NCBI GenBank assembly: GCA_040901675.1 | Contig: JBBDYJ010000010.1 | Location: forward strand, 362,599-426,598 | Origin: Pirellulales bacterium | GTDB taxonomy: Bacteria; Planctomycetota; Planctomycetia; Pirellulales; JAICIG01 | DNA: 64,000 nucleotides | Reading direction: 5' to 3' | Part shown: positions 29,003 through 38,086 of the stretch, piece by piece | Layout: the number at the start of each line of letters is the position of its first letter | Numbering within the stretch: the stretch's first letter is position 1 | Program-made: the position numbers and the translations under genes | The notes under the pieces: model-generated | Told to the model about the DNA's origin: nothing | What the model saw: only the letters and a program-made list of their open reading frames with translations | Databases searched by the model: none

Positions 29003-29195
29003 GTCAGAAGTCAGAAGTCAGAAGTCGGGGACAAGCTCAAGACGGGCAAGCTCAAGACGGACGACGAAAAAAGGATTGGCCAGGATAAGGCACGAAAACA
29101 AGACGTAGAACGGAATTCATTCCGTTGCCTTGGTCCCTCTGCCTTCTGCCCTCTGACCTCTGCTTTCTGACCTCTGCCTTCTGCCTTCTGCCTTC
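29003..29195. repeat. Inverted heptamer arrays ((GTCAGAA)n ... (TCTGMCY)n) enclosing a family B REP at 29106-29127
   Basis: GTCAGAAGTCAGAAGTCAGAAG; GTAGAACGGAATTCATTCCGTT; TCTGCCT/TCTGACC units. Confidence 0.85.
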
Positions 29196-29252
29196 AAATT
29201 CCTCCTCCTGATACTTGCGGACGGCCGCGGCGGGCCAATAATACGCTTTCAT

Positions 29253-29948
29253 ATGGACGACAAAACCATCCGCGCCTACATCGCCGAGTTCCTGGGCACG
29301 TTCACGCTGGTGTTCGTGGGCACGGCCGTGGCCACGCTGCAGGGGCTGTACAATCATGGCCCGATTGGCTGGTTGGAAATCTCCTTTGCCTTCGGCTTCA
29401 CGCTGATGGTCATGGTCTGGGTGATCGGCCCGGCCTCGGGCTGCCACATCAACCCCGCCGTTACAATCCCCATGGCCCTTTCCGGCCGGATGCCTTGGTC
29501 GAAGGTGCCCGGCTACGTGATCGGCCAGTGCCTGGGCGCTTTGGCGGCCAGCGGCGTGTTGCTGGCCCTGCTCAAGGGCCTCCCCACTTACAACCTGGCC
29601 ACCCATGGCCTGGGCGCCAACGCCAACCCCCAGCAGATGACTGTGCCGTCGCTGTTCATCTGGGAAGTGCTGTTGACCGCGCTGTTCGTGATGACCATCT
29701 TCACCACCACGCGCAAAGACGCCATCCGCGGCTTCGAGGCCTGGGCGATCGGCGGTTTCTTGTTTGTCGCGCATCTGGTCGGCGCCCAGCTCGGCGATTC
29801 GTCGCTCAACCCCGCCCGCAGCCTCGGGCCCGCGATTTTTCAGGGCGGCGACGCGCTGGCCGCCCTCTGGATCTTTATCGCGGCCCCGCTCGTCGGCGGC
29901 ATCGTCGGCTGGCGATTGTTCGCCTTGATGTACGAGGAAAAACCCTAG
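29253..29948 (+). CDS. Aquaporin (MIP family, AqpZ-like)
   Basis: AEFLGTF, SGCHINPAVT, SLNPARSLGPA. Confidence 0.93.
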   Translation: MDDKTIRAYIAEFLGTFTLVFVGTAVATLQGLYNHGPIGWLEISFAFGFTLMVMVWVIGPASGCHINPAVTIPMALSGRMPWSKVPGYVIGQCLGALAASGVLLALLKGLPTYNLATHGLGANANPQQMTVPSLFIWEVLLTALFVMTIFTTTRKDAIRGFEAWAIGGFLFVAHLVGAQLGDSSLNPARSLGPAIFQGGDALAALWIFIAAPLVGGIVGWRLFALMYEEKP

Positions 29949-29988
29949 CTCCCACCGGCCCGTCCTGCCCCGGAGGGGCGCCGGGGGC

Positions 29989-30063
29989 CTGGGGCAAAGC
30001 GGACTTCGGACTTCGGCGAGCTCAGTCGAGTCGCGAGCTCAGTCGAGTCGTAGCGTGCCCCAG
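29989..30063 (+). repeat. REP family A with a doubly nested 24-bp element (outer 30002-30008 + 30033-30049; inner 30009-30032)
   Basis: 48-bp nested insert identical to 20883-20930. Confidence 0.92.
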
Positions 30064-30141
30064 TCTTCGTCCGTCTCGTCCCTTCCCCCCTTCCCCTCAT
30101 CGCCTCATCGCCCCCTCGGTCTTTCTCGCCCTTTCCGGCCG

Positions 30142-30582
30142 TCAGGGCTTGAGGTGCATTCGCTCAATACGCTCAGCGTGGTCGCGAATGCCGGTTCTCA
30201 CGGTTGACCGAAGCGGCTCCTGGTCGCAGTCAGCGAGGATGGCGAAAACCTTCTTCGCTGTCGCAACACGCTGCCTTGCGAATGCGGCTGTACCGAATCG
30301 GGCCTCCTCCACGTCGTAGTCGGCGTGGTTACGGTCGCCGCGGAGATTGTCCAAGAGTTGGCCGGCGATTGCCGCTGTCGGATCCCCAGCGTTTTGCAGC
30401 AGAATCGGGATCTTGGCGTGCTTGTTGGTGCCGCGAGGCAGTTGCACACCGAATTGAATGACCAGGTCGGTGGCCTGGTGGAGGGAGGCGTAGTACGCTC
30501 TGCTAACGGCAGTTCGGAGACGAGCCTCATCCGTCGCCGTTTCCAGCTCGCTGGCGAGCTGGAGGAAGTCTACGGCGTTCAT
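30142..30582 (-). CDS. HEPN domain protein (putative toxin)
   Basis: RTAVSRAYYA, a central H and RNHADY; ATGA overlap with the upstream gene. Confidence 0.8.
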   Translation of the reverse strand: MNAVDFLQLASELETATDEARLRTAVSRAYYASLHQATDLVIQFGVQLPRGTNKHAKIPILLQNAGDPTAAIAGQLLDNLRGDRNHADYDVEEARFGTAAFARQRVATAKKVFAILADCDQEPLRSTVRTGIRDHAERIERMHLKP

Positions 30583-30881
30583 GCTTGAGGTTCGATGGAG
30601 AGGCGGAAAACGCCAGGCAGATTCAGACTGGACACCTGGCGGCACCACTCCAGCTCTCGTTCGAGCACGCCCTCATCGGATCCGCTGGCTCTCACGCGGA
30701 AAACGATGCGAAAGTCGTCCGGTATTTCCGGGTCGTCTTCAATGGAGACTGTGCACGCGCCGGGAAAAAGCTTGCCCGTGGCTTCGACGACCGCCTTATA
30801 GGGAGCCGCCAAGCCGAGCCTTTCGGCGGCCAGTGCCGGGTCGTCCAGGAGCTGCTTGATCGTTTCATCCAGAACGGACAT
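30579..30881 (-). CDS. Small acidic protein, putative partner/antitoxin of the HEPN gene
   Basis: 100 aa, translationally coupled (ATGA) to the HEPN gene. Confidence 0.65.
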   Translation of the reverse strand: MSVLDETIKQLLDDPALAAERLGLAAPYKAVVEATGKLFPGACTVSIEDDPEIPDDFRIVFRVRASGSDEGVLERELEWCRQVSSLNLPGVFRLSIEPQA

Positions 30882-30964
30882 AGAACGACGAGCCTTGGAA
30901 CGGGCGTGACACGGAGGCCGCTACTGCAGCCGAGTTTCCCAGACTGCGGGCCGAAAAGCAACAC

Positions 30965-31080
30965 GTCGCCTCGTCCGTCTCCCCCCTTCTCCTCATCGCC
31001 CCCTCGTTCTTTCCGCCCGCCCGTCTCCCCTTGTCCCCTTGTCGCCTTGTCCCCTTGTCGTGCCCCCCCCGCCCCCCCGC
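30965..31080 (+). repeat. Pyrimidine-rich octamer array (CCTTGTCS)n; related tracts at 30068-30130, 34141-34200, 38340-38410 and 41986-42072
   Basis: CCTTGTCC CCTTGTCG CCTTGTCC CCTTGTCG at 31029-31060. Confidence 0.8.
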
Positions 31081-31121
31081 TTGACCCTCATGGGCGCCCG
31101 GCAACAATACAGTGCCACCAG

Positions 31122-31177
31122 GGTGGTCCACTCCGCTCCGCGAGTGGCGTAAGGTGGTCCACTCGCTCCGCGAGTGG
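31122..31177 (+). repeat. Tandem pair of REP-like hairpins
   Basis: GGTGGTCCACTC(C)GCTCCGCGAGTGG twice, 5 bp apart. Confidence 0.8.
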
Positions 31178-31218
31178 TCTGGATCGACAGTGATGTGACC
31201 TCAAGGGAAAAACTCAAC

Positions 31219-31410
31219 ATGCATCGTGTAACGCTGCGAAGTGCGGCCCTGCTCGGCCTGGCTGTCCTCGCCGGCTGCAACCGGGCGGTCCCTCCCCCCG
31301 CCGCTCGTCCCGTCCAGGCCACCGAGCAGGACAAAAAGGACCTGGTCGAGTTCATGAAGGCCTGCACCGGCGACTTGCCGCGGGTCGAACGCGGCCGGTT
31401 GCCCAAGTAA
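31219..31410 (+). CDS. Small putative lipoprotein (63 aa)
   Basis: Signal peptide ending in lipobox LAGC. Confidence 0.6.
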   Translation: MHRVTLRSAALLGLAVLAGCNRAVPPPAARPVQATEQDKKDLVEFMKACTGDLPRVERGRLPK

Positions 31411-31429
31411 TGTCCGCACGGAAACTACC

Positions 31430-31813
31430 TTGAACGAAGACGAGTTGTACCAGGACCACATCCTGGACCATTTCGAAGACCCGTTTCACCGGGGACGCCT
31501 GGCCGGGGCCACGCACGCTCACGAGGACGACAACCCGCTCTGCGGCGATTCTGTCCACATCGACCTGGCCATCGACGACCAGGGGCGGATCGCCGAGGCC
31601 TGGTTCGACGGCGACGGCTGCTGCATCAGCCAGGCCGCCGCCTCGATGCTGGTCCAGCGCGTCGAGGGCCGCCACGTCGACGAGGTCCGCGGCTTCTCCG
31701 CCGACGACATGCTCGCCCTGTTCCGCGCCCGCTTGACCCCCAACCGCCAAAAATGCTGCCTGCTCTGCTGGAAGGTGCTGCAGGCCGCCATCTATTCGCC
31801 GAGGCGGCCATGA
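31430..31813 (+). CDS. sufU: SUF system NifU/SufU-family Fe-S assembly protein
   Basis: LYQDHILDH, NPLCGD, GDGCCISQAAAS, RQKC. Confidence 0.9.
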   Translation: MNEDELYQDHILDHFEDPFHRGRLAGATHAHEDDNPLCGDSVHIDLAIDDQGRIAEAWFDGDGCCISQAAASMLVQRVEGRHVDEVRGFSADDMLALFRARLTPNRQKCCLLCWKVLQAAIYSPRRP

Positions 31814-33075
31814 CTGCCAGCAAGACTGCTACGACCACGCTGCGGCCGCTCGATCCCCAGGCCTTGCGGGCCGATTTCCCGATCCTGGCCAGCGTCTTGC
31901 ACGGCAACATGCCACTGGCCTACTTGGACAACGCGGCCACGACGCAGCGGCCGCGGCAAGTGATCCAGACGCTGGTTGACGTCTACGAGAAGCAATACGC
32001 CAACGTCCACCGCGGCATCCACTGGCTGAGCGACCAGAGCACCGACCTGTACGAGGAGGCCCGCGAGAAGGTCCGCGCCTTCATCAACGCCCGCCAGCGC
32101 GAAGAGATCATCTTCACGCACGGCACCACCGAAGGCATCAACCTGGTGGCCCGCGCCTGGGGCGAGGCCCACGTCAAGCCGGGCGACGAGATCCTGCTCT
32201 CCGAGATGGAGCACCATTCCAACATCGTCCCTTGGCAGCAACTGGCCGCCCGCACCGGCTGCCTGCTGCGCTACATCCCGATCACCGGCGAGGGCTTTTT
32301 GGACCTCGAAGCCTTGCCCGGACTGCTGAGCGAGCGGACCAGGCTCGTGGCGGTGACGGCGCTCTCGAACGTGCTGGGAACCATCAACCCGCTGGAAGAG
32401 ATCGTCCGCCAGGCCCACGCCGCCGGCGCGGTGGTTCTGATCGACGCGGCCCAGAGCGCTCCGCACCTGGCGACCGACGTCCAGGCCTTGGGGGCCGATT
32501 TCCTGGCCTTCAGCGGCCACAAGCTCCTGGCCCCATCGGGCGTCGGCGTGCTGTACGGCCGCCGCGAGCTGCTCGATTCGATGCCTCCCTTCCTTGGCGG
32601 CGGCAGCATGATCCGCCGCGTGAAGCTCGACGGTTTCGAGCCGGCCGACCTGCCGGCCAAGTTCGAGGCGGGCACTCCGCCCATCGTGCCGGCGATCGGC
32701 CTGGGCACTGCCTTGGACTATTTATCTCGCATCGGCATGCAGGCGATCCACGAGCACGAGCGGCTGTTGACCGAGCGGGCCCACGAGGTGTTGTCGGCCT
32801 TGGGCGGCGTACGTTTCCTCGGCCCCTCGCCGGAGCACAAGGGCGGCATCGTCAGTTTCACGGTCGCGGGCATCCACGCCCACGACGTCGCGCAGCTTTT
32901 GGACCGCGAGGGGATCGCCATCCGCGCCGGCCACCACTGTGCGATGCCCTTGCACAAGCGTTTAGGGATCACCGCCAGCGCCCGTGCCAGCTTTTACTTT
33001 TACAATACTCCCAGCGAGATCGACCATCTCGGCGCCGCACTCTCCCGCGCCCAGCGTCTGATGCGCCGCAAGTAG
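31810..33075 (+). CDS. sufS: Cysteine desulfurase, SufS family
   Basis: YLDNAATTQ, ANVHRG, FSGHK, RAGHHCAMPL. Confidence 0.95.
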   Translation: MTASKTATTTLRPLDPQALRADFPILASVLHGNMPLAYLDNAATTQRPRQVIQTLVDVYEKQYANVHRGIHWLSDQSTDLYEEAREKVRAFINARQREEIIFTHGTTEGINLVARAWGEAHVKPGDEILLSEMEHHSNIVPWQQLAARTGCLLRYIPITGEGFLDLEALPGLLSERTRLVAVTALSNVLGTINPLEEIVRQAHAAGAVVLIDAAQSAPHLATDVQALGADFLAFSGHKLLAPSGVGVLYGRRELLDSMPPFLGGGSMIRRVKLDGFEPADLPAKFEAGTPPIVPAIGLGTALDYLSRIGMQAIHEHERLLTERAHEVLSALGGVRFLGPSPEHKGGIVSFTVAGIHAHDVAQLLDREGIAIRAGHHCAMPLHKRLGITASARASFYFYNTPSEIDHLGAALSRAQRLMRRK

Positions 33076-33082
33076 TGGTCTG

Positions 33083-33320
33083 GAGTCAGAAGTCAGGAGT
33101 CAGAAGTCGGAACGGCCCAAGGCCGTCCGTTGCGCAGCCATTATCCCGGCGCGCCGGGATCTCGCCCGTAGGGCGGACGATGGTTGCCAGGGACTTCAGT
33201 CCCTGGATCGTTGCCCCACCCTTCTCGTGGCCATCTTCGTCCGTCCATCCTTCTCTTTTTCCGTGGCGTCTCCGTATTCTCCGTAACTCCGTGGTGAATT
33301 CCTCCTCGTCCGTCCGTTCC
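33083..33320. repeat. Repeat cluster: heptamer array (33083-33110), CCAGGGACTTCAGTCCCTGG hairpin (33187-33206) and a 62-bp dispersed repeat (33259-33320)
   Basis: 33259-33320 matches 43909-43970 at 57 of 62 positions by manual comparison. Confidence 0.8.
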
Positions 33321-33371
33321 ATCTGTAAGGTTTTCCCTCCGGCGGGACTTTACACTATATAAGGACGACCG

Positions 33372-33968
33372 ATGCCAGAACCGCCCGAAACCAGGCCGAG
33401 CCTCGTGTTGCGCTTGACGAATGCGCGCGACGACGAGGCCTGGACCGAGTTCGTGGCGATCTACGAGCCCTTGATCATCCGGCTGATGCACAACCACGGT
33501 CTGCAGGAGAGCGATGCTCGCGATGTCTGCCAGCAGGTGTTCGAGGCCCTGGCCCGCGACATCGAGCAGTGGAAGCCCGACGGCGCGAAGGCCTCCTTTC
33601 GCCGCTGGTTGTTTCAAATCGCCCGCAACCGTGTTATCAAGTTTTTGGACCGCCAGCGGCGCCGGCCCCAGGCTGCCGGCGGCACCGATGCGCAGCTCCT
33701 GCTCCAGGCCCAGACCGACCCCCGCGCCTCGGCCTCGGCCGAGTTCGAGCACGAGTACCGGCGGCAGTTGCTGCTGCGGGCCATGGAGCGGATCCGCGGC
33801 GAATTCCGCGAGTCGACCTGGCAGGCCTTCTGGCAGACGTGCGTCGCCGGCCGCCCGATCGCGGAAGTCGCCGATCAGCTCGGCACGACGGCCGGCAATG
33901 TCTATGTCGCCCGAAGCCGCATCGTGGCCCGCCTGCGTGACCAGGTGAGCCAGATCGAGGGACCCTGA
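33372..33968 (+). CDS. ECF sigma-70 factor, kinase-associated planctomycete type
   Basis: PETRPSL..RL, AWTEFVAIY, SFRRWL, TWQAFW, VYVARSR. Confidence 0.92.
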   Translation: MPEPPETRPSLVLRLTNARDDEAWTEFVAIYEPLIIRLMHNHGLQESDARDVCQQVFEALARDIEQWKPDGAKASFRRWLFQIARNRVIKFLDRQRRRPQAAGGTDAQLLLQAQTDPRASASAEFEHEYRRQLLLRAMERIRGEFRESTWQAFWQTCVAGRPIAEVADQLGTTAGNVYVARSRIVARLRDQVSQIEGP

Positions 33969-35581
33969 TGCCGTCAACTTGCGATCACCAGCGCCTCCGC
34001 CTGCTGCTCGCCGAGCAGTTGCCCGAGCCCCTCGAGGCCGAAGCGATCGAGCACGTCGCCTCCTGCCCGCGCTGCCGCCAGGAGCTGGAGTCGCTGGCCG
34101 GCGACGCAGCCTGGTGGGCCGAAGTCGCAAGCTGCTTCGTCCCCCCATCCCCGACTCCCCCCTTCGCCCCATCCCCCGCTCCCCCCTTCCCCCCTTCCTC
34201 TGATCCGCCCGAGTCCGACGATTCCTTCGCGGCCGATTTTGCCGTCGACTTCCTCGAACCGTGCGGCCAGCCCCACACCATCGGCCGCATCGACGAGTTC
34301 GAGATCATCGAGCCCATCGGCCGCGGCGGCATGGGCATCGTGCTCAAGGGCTTCCAGCGCGACCTGGGACGCTACGTGGCCGTCAAGGTGATGGCCCCGC
34401 ACCTGGCCGCCAGCGGCCCGGCGAGAAAGCGCTTCGCCCGCGAAGCGCGGGCCGCGGCGGCCATCGTGCACCCGCACGTCATGCCCATCCACTCCGTCAA
34501 TGCCTCCGCCCGCCTCCCCTACCTGGTGATGCCCTACGTGGCCTGCGAATCTCTTCAGCAACGGCTCGACCGTGAAGGGCCGCTGGAGATCAACCAGATA
34601 CTCCGCATCGGCTTGCAGACGGCGCTGGGGCTGGCGGCCGCCCATGCCCAGGGCCTGGTACACCGCGACGTCAAGCCGGCCAACATCCTGCTGGAAAAAG
34701 GGGTCGACCGGGTCCTGCTCACCGATTTCGGCCTGGCCCGCGCGGCGGACGACGCCAGCCTCACGCGGACGGGCGTCATCGCCGGCACTCCCCGGTACAT
34801 GTCGCCCGAGCAGTCGCGAGGCGATCCGGTCGATCATCGCACCGACTTGTTCAGCCTGGGCAGCGTGATGTACGCCGCCTGCACCGGCCGGCCTCCCTTT
34901 CGGGCCGAAACCAGCTACGGCGTTCTGCGGCGGATTTGCGACACCCTGCCGCGCTCGATCCGCGACATCAACCCCGACATACCCGACTGGCTCGCGCTGG
35001 TGGTCCAAAAGCTGCAAGCCAAGGAGCCCAGCCAGCGGATCCAGTCGGCCGGCGAAACGGCCGAACTGCTGGAGCGCTGCCTGGCCCACGTCCAGCAGCC
35101 GACCGTCGTCCCCCTGCCCGACGCCATCCGTAGCCTAGGCTTCCAGCCTGTCCAGCACGCCACCGGCGCGCGGTGTTGCCGGCTCGTGAACAGGCTGGAA
35201 GCCTATGCTACACCGGCCGCCCGCCGCTTCTTTCGGCCCGCGCTGATCATCACCAGCGTTCTTTCTCTGGCGCTGATCGTGATCGTCGGCGGGCAACTTC
35301 TCAGCGGCCGCCGCCAAGGCGACGCTGCGCCGGCCGGGCCGCCGGCCGGCCAGGCGGCTCTCCCGCCGCGTGAGCCGGCCGGCGGATCGACGCCCCGTGC
35401 CGCCAGCGCGTCGGCCGAGACGCCCTGGGACGACGGCGCCGCCGAGCAGATCGACGGCGTCGCCCGCGACATCGACGCGCTGGAAACCGCGGCCAGCCGA
35501 TTCTGGCAACACCCCGCCGCGCCTGCCGCCGAGCCCGCTTCTGAAACCAATCGACCTAAAAACGAGGAGGTTTCGCCATGA
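33968..35581 (+). CDS. Membrane Ser/Thr kinase with an N-terminal zinc-binding anti-sigma (Hx3Cx2C) motif
   Basis: HVASCPRC; GRGGMG, VAVK, HRDVKPAN, DFG, GTPRYMSPE; one TM helix. Confidence 0.93.
   Translation: MPSTCDHQRLRLLLAEQLPEPLEAEAIEHVASCPRCRQELESLAGDAAWWAEVASCFVPPSPTPPFAPSPAPPFPPSSDPPESDDSFAADFAVDFLEPCGQPHTIGRIDEFEIIEPIGRGGMGIVLKGFQRDLGRYVAVKVMAPHLAASGPARKRFAREARAAAAIVHPHVMPIHSVNASARLPYLVMPYVACESLQQRLDREGPLEINQILRIGLQTALGLAAAHAQGLVHRDVKPANILLEKGVDRVLLTDFGLARAADDASLTRTGVIAGTPRYMSPEQSRGDPVDHRTDLFSLGSVMYAACTGRPPFRAETSYGVLRRICDTLPRSIRDINPDIPDWLALVVQKLQAKEPSQRIQSAGETAELLERCLAHVQQPTVVPLPDAIRSLGFQPVQHATGARCCRLVNRLEAYATPAARRFFRPALIITSVLSLALIVIVGGQLLSGRRQGDAAPAGPPAGQAALPPREPAGGSTPRAASASAETPWDDGAAEQIDGVARDIDALETAASRFWQHPAAPAAEPASETNRPKNEEVSP
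35130..35211. repeat. GTAG-type REPIN lying in frame inside the kinase gene
   Basis: GTAGCCTAGGCTTCCAGCCTGT ... ACAGGCTGGAAGCCTATGCTAC. Confidence 0.88.
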
Positions 35582-38086
35582 ACCCGGCCCGCATCCCAAT
35601 CCTATCGGCGCTTGTGATCCTCCTCGGGCTCGGCGGGCTGGTTGCTGCCCAGCAGAACGGTGAACCCGCCGCGGTCCCCGGCGGCACTCCGGCCGCCGCT
35701 GCCTTGGGCGAGCCGGGCGCGCCCGCGGCCGCCGCCCCCGGTGGCCGCACCGGCGCCTCGCCATCCGGGGCGCTCGTCCTGCGGTTTATCTACAAGGGGA
35801 AGCGCCCCGAGCCGCTCCCTCTCGCCGTCACCAAGGACCAGGCCGCCTTCGGCGCCACGGTTGCGGACCAGTCCCTCGTCGTCGGCGAAGACGGCGGCCT
35901 GGCCAACGTGCTGGTCTACCTGGCGAGCAAAGACATTCACCCGGACGTGGTGAAAGCGACAAGCAAAGAGGCCGTGCTCCGCGTCGAAGGCGGCCTGTTG
36001 CAACCCCGCGTCCTGCCGCTCGTGCTTGGACAGCCACTGCGGCTCAGCAACCCGTCGCCCGTGGCGATCAACCTCTATTTTCCAACGATGTCGAACCCTC
36101 AACTGAACGTCCTGATTCCGCCGCAGGCCGACCCTGTCCACCGTTTCGAGCGCGAGCAGGAAAAGCTTCCTGTGCCCGTGACCTGCACCGTCCATCCCTG
36201 GATGCGCGCCTACTTGATGCCGCTGGCGCATCCCTACGCCGACGTGTCGGGCCGCGACGGCACGGCCCGGATACCGGATCTTCCGGTGGGCCAATTGCCG
36301 TTCCGGCTGTGGCATGAACGGGTCGGCTTTTTGAAGCCCGCAGGCAGCACCGATCGGCAGTTCACGTTCGACATCCAGCCCGGCGGCAATCGACTTGACA
36401 TTCAGGTCGATCAGTCCCTCTCCGTGACCCGGGTGCGGCAGGCTTCGGCCGTCGATGATCCGCCCGCTGTCGCCTGGGTGTTCGACGACCCGCGGCGCAT
36501 CGAAGAAATCGTGCGCGGAGAAGACGTCGTCGAGATCGACACGATCACCGACAGCATCAGCACGCAAAACGACATTCGCCTCCGATCCAAGTTCGGCGAA
36601 GCAACCATCCGTCCCGGCGAGCTCAAGCTGCTGAATCTCGGTGAGGACGTGCATGAAACGTTTTATTCCTGGGGCGACGAGGCCCGCGACCGCATCGGCG
36701 GCTACGGCGAGCCCTTCCGTTGGCTCAAGTTCGACTGGCAGCGCGACGGCAAGCTGCGGCTCACTTTCTACAAGGTCAACCCCTTCCGCGAGCGGGTATG
36801 GTCCAGCGACCCGGAAGCCAGAGTACAAGCGATGTCGGGGCAATGTGCCGAGCTGGAGCAGGAGGCCATCCGCCTGGCCGACGAGTGGCGCAAGCTCGAT
36901 TTGCCCGAGCTGGACCTCGAAGCGGCGGAGCATCAGCGGGAGTTGAAGTCGCGCCTGCGGGAGACCGTGGCGGCGGCCTTTGAGGCCCGGCAGAGTCTCC
37001 AGCGGGCCGAGCTGGCGCAGCTTGCCGAGCGGCTGGCTCGCATCCAGCAGACCGTCGCCGGCCGCGAGCAGCTCAAAACCTCGATCATCGACCGCCGCGT
37101 CGCCGAGCTGCTGGATCCCAAGCTGCAATGGGATCCGGCCCCGCCGGCCCCGAATGCCGCCAAGGCGAATGCCGCCGGCACGCCGAAAGAACCCGCCGAG
37201 ACGGCCTCCCGGCGTGAGCCCTTGGTTCCCGATCCCGACGCCACCAGCAGTCAAGCGGCAGAGAGCGAACCAGACGCCTCGCACGTTTCCCAGCGGGAGG
37301 GGACGCTCACAGCCACTGCGGCCGCGGAGTCCAGAATCCCCCTCAAAGCCCGGCTGCTCTTCATCCAGCGCGACTGGTCCGTGACCGCCAACCACCAGGC
37401 CCACGATGAGATCCGTCAGGTGCTCGCTCGAGCGTCCGATGCCAAGGATTCAGAAGATTTGGCGGCGGACCGGCCGATAGGCCCGGGGCTTGTGTTTCCG
37501 GAGGCCGGCCGTTGTTCCATCTTCACCAGGGAGGATTTCGCAAGTTTGGAAGCCTGGCTGGGCAAAAGCGGCTGGCTGCTGGCCGAGCTGCCGGTCGAGC
37601 AGACTCCCGACAAGAACCGCAGCCAGCAGCGCTGGTCAACCTGGATGGAGATGCCCAAGGCGGGAGCTCCCGGCCTGGCTCACGGCAATTGGTGGCTGAC
37701 CGCCGAGGTGAGACCGGCCCTCACTCGACCGGACGACGAGGGCGTGTGGCGCATCGTGGACCATCCTGATTATCTGGCACATATCGAGTTGTCTCGATCG
37801 TGGCAGGTGATGCAGGCGCGACCCGGCGGCCCCCGCTTGCGTGGCGCTTCGATCAGCATCAGGCCGAAGGTCACTTTCCATCTGCCCCCCCAAAGCGGCC
37901 GTGGTGATCCCCTGGTATGCGCACCCGGACGACGCATCGCTGGCCGAGCGGGTAGAAACGGCATCGCGGGTCTTGATGGTATTCGAGGACGCCGCGCACG
38001 AGCCATCGTCCCCCATCGTGCCCACCTTTCGTCTCCCCCAGCGCTTCGCCGCTCTCCGCTTCGACACCAACCCCAAACCACATTAG
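35578..38086 (+). CDS. Large secreted protein (cupredoxin/carboxypeptidase-regulatory-like N-domain plus coiled coil); probable frameshift at the C7 run 37885-37891 (uncorrected frame ends at 38205)
   Basis: Signal peptide, GGLANVLVY, CTVHPWM, WHE; protein-like sequence continues in another frame after the C run. Confidence 0.7.

Noticed and set aside
31122..31177. Possible CRISPR or operator array
   Set aside because: Two hairpins 5 bp apart; fits a REP doublet better.
33323..33360. Possible autoregulatory ECF promoter TGTAAG...ACACT
   Set aside because: Plausible position, but a single instance cannot be supported from sequence alone.
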